Assembly: GCA_937912025.1 (NCBI GenBank)
Contig: CALDOZ010000010.1
Location: 4,710 to 68,709, forward strand
DNA: 64,000 bases
Origin: an uncultured Clostridia bacterium
Lineage (GTDB): Bacteria; Bacillota; Clostridia; Christensenellales; Borkfalkiaceae
Reading direction: 5' to 3'
A program made the position numbers and the translations under genes. Each line of letters starts with the position of its first letter. Position 1 is the first letter of the stretch. Positions 7,787-15,671 of the stretch are shown here, one piece after another. Below the pieces are notes generated by a model that ran no database searches, was not told where the DNA came from, and saw only the letters and a program-made list of their open reading frames with translations.

Positions 7787-9997
7787 ATGCTTACCTATAA
7801 TGATAGACTAAAAATTTTACGTCAAACTAAAATCGAGCATACTTTAGCAAAGAAAATACAAAACGGTTATACTGATCTTGACGATTTTGGTACTGTGCCA
7901 ATATCAGAAGGTTACGAAGTTATGCCGTGGTATAATAGCGCTAACGGAAGTTTTTACGGTTACGACGGAATGAGCGAAAACTTTTGTAGGGTAATTGATG
8001 CTCACGAACCGTACGTTGATGCTATGGAAATGCTTTGCGGTAGATGGCGAGATATGCTCGTTAACTATCGTGGCGACGTTCACTACGCACCTAATTGGTT
8101 AAAAAATAAACCCGAAGTAATGAAAGTGATGAGTAGCGCTGATACTCAGTTTAGTAAGCGTTGGGATGAGCAACGTTTTCCTTACGATCATTTGAAACCG
8201 TTGCAGAAAAAATATAATATTCAAACAGGTATTGACGGTGATGCTCATCTTGCTTGCGATTACTCTATCGGTTTTGAGTTAGGTTTTGGTGGACTACTTG
8301 AAAAAATTCGTAAATATCGCGATATTAACGTAAAAAATAAAGATTTTTATAATGCCGAAGAAAAGGTTGTTCTTGCTATAATTAGGTTTATAGATAGGCA
8401 TATCTTAAAAATTGAAGAAATGCTAAAAAGCGAAACAAGACCTGAAATTGTTACGTCGCTACAAGATATGCTAACTGCTTGTAAAAACGTAAGACTTAAT
8501 CCTCCTAAAACTTTTCACGAAGTGTGTCAATGGACGGCGTTTTTTAATTGCGCGTCAAGAATATATACTCGTGACGGCGCAGGTTTTCAACTTGACGCGC
8601 TTTTATATCCGTATTACCTTCGCGATAAAAAGGAAGGTATTTTAGATGATGAAAAGGCTAAATTTTTAATAGCGAATTTACTTTTAATTGATCCCCATTA
8701 TTATCAAATTTCTGGTGTTGACGAGTTTGATAACGATTTAACCAACGAGTTGTCTTATTTAATTTTAGATGCGGCGGACAGTATAAATATTGCTTGCAAC
8801 TTGACTGTTCGCGTACATGATAATTGTGACGCTAAGTTCTTTGATAAAGCCGTTTATTACCTTATTAAAAACAAAAACGGTTGGCCTAGATTTTGTAACG
8901 ATAAGGCGCTTTCAGAAGGTTATATGAAAAACGGTGTTGATAAAAAGACGGCGCGCGAACGCATTGCCGTAGGTTGTAATTGGATGTGTGTTCCGGGTAA
9001 GGAATTCCCTATGAACGATACCGTTAAAATAAACGTTGCAAAGGTTTTTTACGAAGCGTTTATGGAAATGAAAGACGAGCCCAATAAAAGTACGCAATTA
9101 TTATATGAGATTTTTGAAAAGCATCTTAAAATTGCAATTGACGTTACAGCGCAAGGTGTTAACTTGCATATTGATAATCAATGGCAAGTAACTCCTGAAC
9201 TCATCATGAATTTAATGATGAAAAACACTATTGAATTAGGTCAAGATATTTCTAAATGCGCCGAACTTTACACGGTTGGCGTGGACGGAGTTGGTCTTGC
9301 CGTTGTTGCTGATAGTTTTGCGGCGCTTAAAGTTAAGGTTGAAAATGAAAAAGTTCTTGATTGGAAAACTGTTTACGAGCAAATTGAAAACAATTTTGAA
9401 AACGAGCGTGTAAGACTTATTTTAAATTCAACTCCTAAATATTGTAGTGGAAATAGCGTTGCCGACGAATACGCTTTAAAATTAACTCAAACGTGGGTTA
9501 AAAACGTTAAAAATCAAAAAATGCCAAAAGGAAGACAGTTAATCCCGGGCTGGTTTAGTTGGGCAAGGTCGGTTGAATACGGCAAAACTGTCGGCGCTAC
9601 TCCTAACGGTCGCTTTGCAGGCACTCCCGTTTCACACGGCGCAAACCCAAACCCGCGTTTTAGAATAGACGGCGCTGCAACAGCGCAATCAAATGGTATA
9701 GCGTCAGTCCAATGTGGTTATGGTAATACCGCGCCTTTGCAAATTGAGTTTGACCCGCAAGTTGCCGAAGAAAACGGCGTTGCTATTATCGGCGCGTTTA
9801 TAAAAGGTCATTTTGCTAAAGGTGGAACGCTGATAAATATAAACGTTCTTGACGGTGATAAACTTTTAAAAGCGCATGAAAACCCAGATTTATATCCCGA
9901 TTTAGTCGTTAGAGTTACAGGATTTACCGCTTATTTTGCAACTTTATCTCCTGAATTTAGACAACTTGTCGTTGATAGATTTATTAAAGGTATGTAA
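7787..9997 (+). CDS. Glycyl radical enzyme, PFL-like fold, unknown substrate
   Basis: 736 aa with a GAGGT SD. C-terminal glycyl radical fingerprint VVRVTGFTAYFATLSPEFRQLVVDR (Gly712, nt 9920-9922). Candidate thiyl loop AVGCNWMCVPG (Cys397, nt 8975-8977). The Cys-to-Gly spacing of 315 aa equals that between Cys419 and Gly734 of E. coli PflB. Confidence 0.85.
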   Translation: MLTYNDRLKILRQTKIEHTLAKKIQNGYTDLDDFGTVPISEGYEVMPWYNSANGSFYGYDGMSENFCRVIDAHEPYVDAMEMLCGRWRDMLVNYRGDVHYAPNWLKNKPEVMKVMSSADTQFSKRWDEQRFPYDHLKPLQKKYNIQTGIDGDAHLACDYSIGFELGFGGLLEKIRKYRDINVKNKDFYNAEEKVVLAIIRFIDRHILKIEEMLKSETRPEIVTSLQDMLTACKNVRLNPPKTFHEVCQWTAFFNCASRIYTRDGAGFQLDALLYPYYLRDKKEGILDDEKAKFLIANLLLIDPHYYQISGVDEFDNDLTNELSYLILDAADSINIACNLTVRVHDNCDAKFFDKAVYYLIKNKNGWPRFCNDKALSEGYMKNGVDKKTARERIAVGCNWMCVPGKEFPMNDTVKINVAKVFYEAFMEMKDEPNKSTQLLYEIFEKHLKIAIDVTAQGVNLHIDNQWQVTPELIMNLMMKNTIELGQDISKCAELYTVGVDGVGLAVVADSFAALKVKVENEKVLDWKTVYEQIENNFENERVRLILNSTPKYCSGNSVADEYALKLTQTWVKNVKNQKMPKGRQLIPGWFSWARSVEYGKTVGATPNGRFAGTPVSHGANPNPRFRIDGAATAQSNGIASVQCGYGNTAPLQIEFDPQVAEENGVAIIGAFIKGHFAKGGTLININVLDGDKLLKAHENPDLYPDLVVRVTGFTAYFATLSPEFRQLVVDRFIKGM

Positions 9998-10011
9998 TTG
10001 AATATTAAGTA

Positions 10012-10047
10012 AAAAACAACTCTAATATTTTAGAGTTGTTTTTTTTA
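10012..10047 (+). terminator. Rho-independent terminator after the glycyl radical enzyme gene
   Basis: 11-bp stem AACAACTCTAA (10015-10025) with TTAGAGTTGTT (10030-10040). 4-nt loop and a T-run. Confidence 0.85.
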
Positions 10048-10194
10048 GTTTGTGCTTTTTAGCCGTTTGAAGTTTAATAACGTTATCAAATTAGAGTAAA
10101 GTTTTATTAAGAATATCGAAAATACTTAAAATGCATAAAATGCAATATTTTTATGCAGTAATTGCTTTTTTTAGGTAAAATTTTCATGTTATAC

Positions 10195-10223
10195 TTGAAA
10201 TGTTGGTTTTGGCGTGATATAAT
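10195..10223 (+). promoter_or_regulatory. uxuA promoter
   Basis: TTGAAA (10195-10200), 17-nt spacer, extended -10 TGaTATAAT (10215-10223). Confidence 0.6.
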
Positions 10224-10252
10224 TATAAAAACGTAAAGACTTTAAACAGTTT

Positions 10253-10271
10253 AATTGCAAACTTTGCAATT
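10253..10271. promoter_or_regulatory. 19-bp perfect palindrome (operator candidate) in the uxuA leader
   Basis: AATTGCAAA-C-TTTGCAATT, located between the -10 and the SD. Confidence 0.55.
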
Positions 10272-10310
10272 TAAAATAACGGCATTTGCCGAAAATGAGG
10301 TTAATTTATT

Positions 10311-11342
10311 ATGAAAATGACTTTTAGATGGTATGGCGAAAACGACTGTATTCCTTTAAACTACATCAAACAAATTCAAGGAATGACGGGTGTTGTTACC
10401 GCTGTTTACGACGAGCCTGTTGGTGCTGTTTGGCCACTCGAAAAACTTTTAAAACTCAAAAAACTTGCAAACGACGCTGGTTTAGAGATGGAAGTTATCG
10501 AGTCTGTTCCCGTTCATGAAGATATTAAACTTGGTAAGCCTACGCGTGATAAATATATTGAAGCGTACAAGCAAAATATTATAAACTGCGGTAAAGCGGG
10601 TGTTAAATGTATTTGCTATAACTTTATGCCTGTTTTCGACTGGCTTAGAACAAACCTTTATTTTAAGCATCCAGACGGTGCGACTTCGCTTTCATACTCT
10701 CACGAAGAACTTTTAAAATGCGATCCTCATAACCTTCATTTGCCAGGTTGGGACGAAAGTTATACTCAAGAAGAGCTTAACGGTCTTTTAGACGAGTATA
10801 AAAATATGACTCATGAAAAGTTGTTTGAAAATTTAGTGTATTTCTTAAACGCTATTATGCCAGCGTGTGACGAGGCTGACGTTGACATGGCTATTCACCC
10901 AGACGATCCACCATGGGATATGTTTAATCTTCCGCGTATTATTTGTAAAGAAAGTGATTACGATAGACTTTTTGCCGCTGTTCCTAACAAGCATAACGGT
11001 ATTACTTTCTGTACGGGTAGTTTAGGCGCGGGTAGATTTAACGACCTTCCTAAAATGGCTGGAATGTACGCTGACCGTATTTATTTTGCTCACCTTCGTC
11101 AATTAAAATATACCGGCGACGTTGATTTTTACGAAAACGGACATATGACGTACGCTGGTAATATTGATATGTACGGTATTGTAAAAGCGCTTGAAGATAA
11201 TGGATTTAAAGGTTATCTTCGTCCTGACCACGGCAGAAACGTTTGGGGAGAAGACGCTAAGCCTGGGTATGGTTTATATGATAGAGCAATGGGTGCTTGC
11301 TATCTTGCAGGCTTATTTGAAGCAGTTAAAAAAAATAAATAA
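10311..11342 (+). CDS. uxuA: Mannonate dehydratase
   Basis: The N-terminus MKMTFRWYGENDCIPLNYIKQIQGMTGVV is the classic UxuA start. 343 aa. GAGG SD. Confidence 0.9.
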   Translation: MKMTFRWYGENDCIPLNYIKQIQGMTGVVTAVYDEPVGAVWPLEKLLKLKKLANDAGLEMEVIESVPVHEDIKLGKPTRDKYIEAYKQNIINCGKAGVKCICYNFMPVFDWLRTNLYFKHPDGATSLSYSHEELLKCDPHNLHLPGWDESYTQEELNGLLDEYKNMTHEKLFENLVYFLNAIMPACDEADVDMAIHPDDPPWDMFNLPRIICKESDYDRLFAAVPNKHNGITFCTGSLGAGRFNDLPKMAGMYADRIYFAHLRQLKYTGDVDFYENGHMTYAGNIDMYGIVKALEDNGFKGYLRPDHGRNVWGEDAKPGYGLYDRAMGACYLAGLFEAVKKNK

Positions 11343-11366
11343 TTTTAGTTATATATAGGTGGTAAT

Positions 11367-11990
11367 ATGAAAATTTTGTTTTATGGTGATAGCATAACAG
11401 ATATGGATCGTAATCGTCAAGTAGAAGATTCTTTAGGTATTGGCTACGTTCGTTCTGTTGCCGATTATTTAGTTAGTGAAGATCCTATTAAATATAAAGT
11501 AATTAACCGTGGTATAAGCGGTAATAGAGTTGTTGACCTTTACGCAAGAATTAAAAGTGACGTGTGGAATATTGAGCCTGACGTTTTATCAATATATATT
11601 GGCGTCAACGATATTTGGCACGAAATTGATTACAATAATGGTGTGGACGTAGAAAGATTTGAAAAAGTATATAGAATGCTTATTGAAGATACTTTGAAAC
11701 GTTTACCAAATGTAAAATTTATTCTTGTTGCTCCGTTTGTAACACGTGGTACTGCAACTGAAAAATATTTAGATAAGTTTAACGACGTTTCTAAATATGA
11801 AGATGTTGTTGTTAAATTAGCAAAAGAATATAATTTTGCTTATATTACGTTGCAAGAAGATTTTGATAAAGCCGTTGAAAAATATGGCTCAGATATCGTT
11901 GTTAAAGATGGTGTTCATCCTTGTTTATACGGCGCTACTATTATCGCTAAAAAATGGGTTGAATGCTTTAAGAAAAATATTGATAAGTAA
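11367..11990 (+). CDS. SGNH/GDSL family hydrolase
   Basis: Block I KILFYGDSITD, block III GVNDIW, and a C-terminal DGVHP (DxxH). 207 aa. Confidence 0.8.
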   Translation: MKILFYGDSITDMDRNRQVEDSLGIGYVRSVADYLVSEDPIKYKVINRGISGNRVVDLYARIKSDVWNIEPDVLSIYIGVNDIWHEIDYNNGVDVERFEKVYRMLIEDTLKRLPNVKFILVAPFVTRGTATEKYLDKFNDVSKYEDVVVKLAKEYNFAYITLQEDFDKAVEKYGSDIVVKDGVHPCLYGATIIAKKWVECFKKNIDK

Positions 11991-11999
11991 GGAGATATT

Positions 12000-12830
12000 A
12001 TGAAATTACCATTTAAAATTGATTTAAGTGATAAAGTAGTTGCCATAACTGGCGCGGGTGGAATTATTTGTAGTGAATTTGCTAAGGCAATGGCTCAATG
12101 CGGTGCAAAAGTTGCTCTTTTAGACATTAATTACGACGCTGCTAAAGTGTACGCTGATGAAATTGGCGAAAATGCAATTGCAGTTAGATGTAACTGCCTT
12201 GATAAAGCAAGCATTGAAGAAGCAAAAAACGTTGTTAACGAAGCGTTTGGTCCAGTTAATATTTTAATTAACGGCGCTGGTGGTAACAATCCTAAAGCAA
12301 CTACCGATAATGAATATATGACTCCTGACTTAGATGGTGGTAAAACTTTCTTTGATATCGATGAAAAAGGTTTTAAATTCGTGTTTGACCTTAATATTAC
12401 TTCAGCCTTTTTAGTAACTCAAGTTTTTGCTAAAGATATGGTAAAAACGGGTGGTAACATTATTAACGTTTCGTCAATGAACGCTTTCCGTCCATTAACA
12501 AAAATTCCAGCGTACAGCGCTGCAAAAGCGGGCATATCTAACTTTACTGAATGGCTTGCCGTTCACTTTGCTCCTTGTAATATTCGTTGTAACGCTATCG
12601 CTCCTGGATTTTTCGTTACTAATCAAAACCGTGGTTTACTTTATAATGAAGATGGTACGCCAACTGCAAGAACGGGCAAGATTTTAAATGGAACTCCTAT
12701 GAAGAAGTTTGGTGAAATTTCTGACCTTATCGGCGCGCTTTTATGGCTTTCTTGCGATGATGCAAGTGGTTTCGTTACGGGTACTGTTATTCCTGTTGAC
12801 GGTGGTTTCTCTGCTTATAGTGGCGTTTAA
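12000..12830 (+). CDS. uxuB: SDR family oxidoreductase, probable D-mannonate (fructuronate) oxidoreductase
   Basis: TGAGGIIC cofactor motif, NGAGGN, and YSAAK catalytic motif. Sits in the uxuA neighbourhood. The gene symbol is inferred from context. Confidence 0.7.
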   Translation: MKLPFKIDLSDKVVAITGAGGIICSEFAKAMAQCGAKVALLDINYDAAKVYADEIGENAIAVRCNCLDKASIEEAKNVVNEAFGPVNILINGAGGNNPKATTDNEYMTPDLDGGKTFFDIDEKGFKFVFDLNITSAFLVTQVFAKDMVKTGGNIINVSSMNAFRPLTKIPAYSAAKAGISNFTEWLAVHFAPCNIRCNAIAPGFFVTNQNRGLLYNEDGTPTARTGKILNGTPMKKFGEISDLIGALLWLSCDDASGFVTGTVIPVDGGFSAYSGV

Positions 12831-12862
12831 TTTATAATTAAAATTTATTTTATAAATAATTT

Positions 12863-12898
12863 AAAACTCTACGAAATTCATTTTTGTAGAGTTTTTTT
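12863..12898 (+). terminator. Rho-independent terminator after the uxu cluster
   Basis: Stem AAAACTCTAC (12863-12872) with GTAGAGTTTT (12886-12895), plus a T-run. Confidence 0.8.
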
Positions 12899-12944
12899 GT
12901 TTATTTTATCCATTAATTGTAATATTTGATATGCTTTTAAAAAA

Positions 12945-12994
12945 ATAATTAAATAATTAAATAATTAAACTTTAATTAAAAAATAAATAATTAA
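12945..12994. repeat. ATAATTAA 8-bp iterons upstream of parA
   Basis: Three exact tandem copies at 12945-12968 and a fourth at 12987-12994. Two more (ATAATTAA ATAATTAT) lie at 14119-14134, across the stop codon of the partner gene. Confidence 0.45.
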
Positions 12995-13002
12995 AAAATG
13001 TA

Positions 13003-13031
13003 TTGACAAATGCGCATATGCGTATTATAAT
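13003..13031 (+). promoter_or_regulatory. parA promoter with a palindromic operator in the spacer
   Basis: Consensus TTGACA (13003-13008), 17-nt spacer, TATAAT (13026-13031). The spacer contains the perfect palindrome CGCATATGCG (13013-13022). Confidence 0.65.
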
Positions 13032-13070
13032 AAATTCAAGTTAAATTTTAATAAGTTAAAGGGGGTAATA

Positions 13071-13829
13071 ATGAAATCAATAGTTATTTTCAACCAAAAA
13101 GGTGGCGTAGGCAAAACGTCTACCGTCGTTAACTTGATGGCGGAACTTCATAACGCTGGCAAAAAAGTACTTGCGTTTGATTTAGACGGGCAAGGTAATC
13201 TTACAAAATTTTTACAAGCGCCTACAGAAGATAAAAATACTGTGCGTGAACTTTTACTTAAAGAGGCGACTTTTTCTGAAACTGTTCAGCATACTAAGTA
13301 TGGCGATCTTATTCCGGCAGACGAAGCGCTACAAGGCGAACTTTTACGATTTGCATCAATGCCTGCGTTTATATTGAGTTTAAAAAATATAGTCAAAAAT
13401 CTTGGTGGATACGACGTTGTTTTAATGGATTGTGCGCCTAGTCCTAACCAAATTACCGTTGCCGCTCTCGTTGCTGCAGACTATACTATAATTCCAACCG
13501 AAGCCGAATATTTTAGCGCGGACGGCGTTGCTAAACTTTATAATACTATCGAGCAAGTTAAACAGCTTAATGAAAGCCTTAAAGTTTTAGGTCTTTTAAT
13601 AGTTAAGTATAACGGTAGAAGAAGTTTAACATCACACATTGAAAAAGTGCTTAACGACGCTGCAACTCGCGTATTCAAAAGTAAAGTATTTAAAACTAAA
13701 ATTAGTTTTACGGTAGACGTTCCATCTTCTCAAGCGCTACATTTATCTGTTTCTGATTATAAAAAGAATTCAAAAGTGGCGGTTGATTACCGTAATCTTA
13801 CTAAAGAAATATTGGAGGATATTAAATAA
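13071..13829 (+). CDS. parA: ParA/Soj-family partition ATPase (small, type Ib-like)
   Basis: Deviant Walker A NQKGGVGKTST, then DLDGQGN, then Walker B VVLMDCAP. 252 aa with no N-terminal HTH. GGGGG SD. Confidence 0.9.
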   Translation: MKSIVIFNQKGGVGKTSTVVNLMAELHNAGKKVLAFDLDGQGNLTKFLQAPTEDKNTVRELLLKEATFSETVQHTKYGDLIPADEALQGELLRFASMPAFILSLKNIVKNLGGYDVVLMDCAPSPNQITVAALVAADYTIIPTEAEYFSADGVAKLYNTIEQVKQLNESLKVLGLLIVKYNGRRSLTSHIEKVLNDAATRVFKSKVFKTKISFTVDVPSSQALHLSVSDYKKNSKVAVDYRNLTKEILEDIK

Positions 13830-14122
13830 TGGCTAAAAAGCAATTTAATCTTGATAATTTATTTGCAGATACAATTAAAACTGAAGTTGAAACGGTTACT
13901 CCTATCGTAAAACCTGCTGAAACGGTAAATAATGACGTTAAAAAGGCAAAATCTAATAAGTCGGTACGTTCAATTTATATTGACGACGAACTTTGGAATG
14001 ATTTTATGGTTTACGTTAAATTAAACGGCGGTAAGACCGTTGAAGTTACTAATAACATTATTAAACGCGCGGTTGATGAAAATAGAGAAAAGATTGAAGC
14101 GTTTAAAAAACTTATGCAATAA
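13829..14122 (+). CDS. Small ParA partner protein, possible ribbon-helix-helix centromere binder
   Basis: 97 aa. The start overlaps the parA stop (TAATG) and has a GGAGG SD. The N-terminal half looks disordered and Lys-rich. The C-terminal half (RSIYIDDELWNDFMVYVKLNGG...NNIIKRAV) fits a strand-helix-helix pattern. Function is inferred. Confidence 0.5.
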   Translation: MAKKQFNLDNLFADTIKTEVETVTPIVKPAETVNNDVKKAKSNKSVRSIYIDDELWNDFMVYVKLNGGKTVEVTNNIIKRAVDENREKIEAFKKLMQ

Positions 14123-14152
14123 TTAAATAATTATTTGTGTTAAAATAATAAA

Positions 14153-14189
14153 GCGTTGTGATTTTTAAAAATTTCACAACGTTTTTTTA
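14153..14189 (+). terminator. Rho-independent terminator after the par module
   Basis: Stem CGTTGTGA (14154-14161) with TCACAACG (14174-14181), plus a T7 run. Confidence 0.8.
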
Positions 14190-14285
14190 TTGCGCGCGCT
14201 TGTATTATTTGACTATTTAAAATTAAATATGTTAAAATAATTGTACAAATATACTTGATTTGTAAACTTAAACTAATGGTGAATT

Positions 14286-15572
14286 ATGACTGATATTGAG
14301 ATGTATAACGCCCTTGGCGTTAGTAGTGAAGTTTATAACTTCGGCGAAAATATTATAAACGGGTTAAAAGAACGCTTTGATATAATTGATAAAATAGCAG
14401 AGTATAATCAAAACAAAGTGCTACTTGCTATGCAAAAAAATAAAGTTGACGCTCAATGTATGCAAGAGTCTACCGGCTACGGATACGATGACGTTGGTAG
14501 AGATAAACTCGAAAAAGTATATGCTGACGTTTTTCATACTGAAAGCGCTCTCGTTAGACCTCAAATTACTTGCGGTACTCACGCATTAACTATTGCGTTA
14601 TCGGCAAATTTATTACCTGGCGACGAACTATTATCTCCCGTAGGCAAGCCGTATGATACACTTGAAGAAGTTATTGGTATTAGACCTTCAACATGTTCGC
14701 TTAAAGAATATGGAGTTAGTTACAAGCAAGTAGACTTACTTTCTGATGGAACTTTTGATTATGAAAATATAAAAAAAGCCATAAACAAAAAAACAAAACT
14801 TGTAACAATTCAACGTTCAAAAGGTTATCAAACGCGTCCAACGTTTTCAATTGAGCAAATTGGTAATTTAATTAAGTTTGTAAAAGAAATTAAACCTGAC
14901 GTAATTGTTATGGTTGATAACTGCTACGGCGAATTCGTTGAAAAAATTGAACCAAGCGACGTTGGCGCTGATATGACGGTTGGTTCTCTTATTAAAAATC
15001 CGGGTGGTGGACTTGCTCCAATCGGCGGATACATTTGCGGACGTAAAGACTTAGTTGATAGATGCGCTTATCGCTTAACTTCGCCAGGTCTTGGCGCGGA
15101 AGTTGGCGCTACTCTTGGCGTGCTTCCTAGATTTTATCAAGGATTTTTTATGGCTCCAACAGTTACTGCGGGAGCGTTAAAAGGAGCAATTTTCGCTGCA
15201 AATGTTTATGAAAAGTTAGGGTTTAAGGTTGTTCCTAACTCTACTGAGGAACGTCACGACATTATTCAAGCGGTTGAACTTAAAAGCGCCGAAGGTATGT
15301 GCGCTTTCTGTAAGGGTATTCAATACGCCGCACCCGTTGATAGTTACGTTACGCCTGTACCAAGCGAAATGCCTGGATATGATAGCGACGTTATTATGGC
15401 GGCAGGCGCGTTTGTTCAAGGATCTTCAATCGAACTTTCGGCAGACGGTCCTATTCGTGAGCCTTTTGCGGTATATTTCCAAGGCGGAATAACTTGGTAT
15501 CACGCAAAACTTGGAATACTTAAATCACTTCAAGAAATGCTTAACGCTAATTTGCTTGAACTTCAAACGTGA
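14286..15572 (+). CDS. Methionine gamma-lyase family / aluminium-resistance (YnbB-like) PLP enzyme
   Basis: 428 aa. The overall pattern (ITCGTHALT, TIQRSKGY with the PLP Lys, IKNPGGGLAP) is typical of the YnbB family. Ends in TGA. Confidence 0.75.
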   Translation: MTDIEMYNALGVSSEVYNFGENIINGLKERFDIIDKIAEYNQNKVLLAMQKNKVDAQCMQESTGYGYDDVGRDKLEKVYADVFHTESALVRPQITCGTHALTIALSANLLPGDELLSPVGKPYDTLEEVIGIRPSTCSLKEYGVSYKQVDLLSDGTFDYENIKKAINKKTKLVTIQRSKGYQTRPTFSIEQIGNLIKFVKEIKPDVIVMVDNCYGEFVEKIEPSDVGADMTVGSLIKNPGGGLAPIGGYICGRKDLVDRCAYRLTSPGLGAEVGATLGVLPRFYQGFFMAPTVTAGALKGAIFAANVYEKLGFKVVPNSTEERHDIIQAVELKSAEGMCAFCKGIQYAAPVDSYVTPVPSEMPGYDSDVIMAAGAFVQGSSIELSADGPIREPFAVYFQGGITWYHAKLGILKSLQEMLNANLLELQT

Positions 15573-15671
15573 TTTAAATTTTTTAATAGTAAAATTTTAA
15601 ACTTATTTTCATTTTAAAATCAATTTACATTATTAAAAAATTATAAAAAATCACAGTTGGAGGAATTTAAT

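Noticed and set aside
10048-10230. Mini-ORFs of 15-17 codons in the 313-nt gap before uxuA, for example ATG at 10131 (MHKMQYFYAVIAFFR) and ATG at about 10186 (MLYLKCWFWRDIIIKT).
   Set aside because: They have no convincing SD at proper spacing and no conservation evidence is available. The second overlaps the predicted promoter itself. They are more likely non-coding.
13071-14122. The ParA pair could be the canonical chromosomal Soj-Spo0J system marking the origin region.
   Set aside because: The partner is 97 aa with no ParB HTH or N-terminal CTPase domain. No dnaA, dnaN, gidA/B or rnpA genes are nearby. Flanking genes are catabolic or housekeeping genes not typical of oriC.
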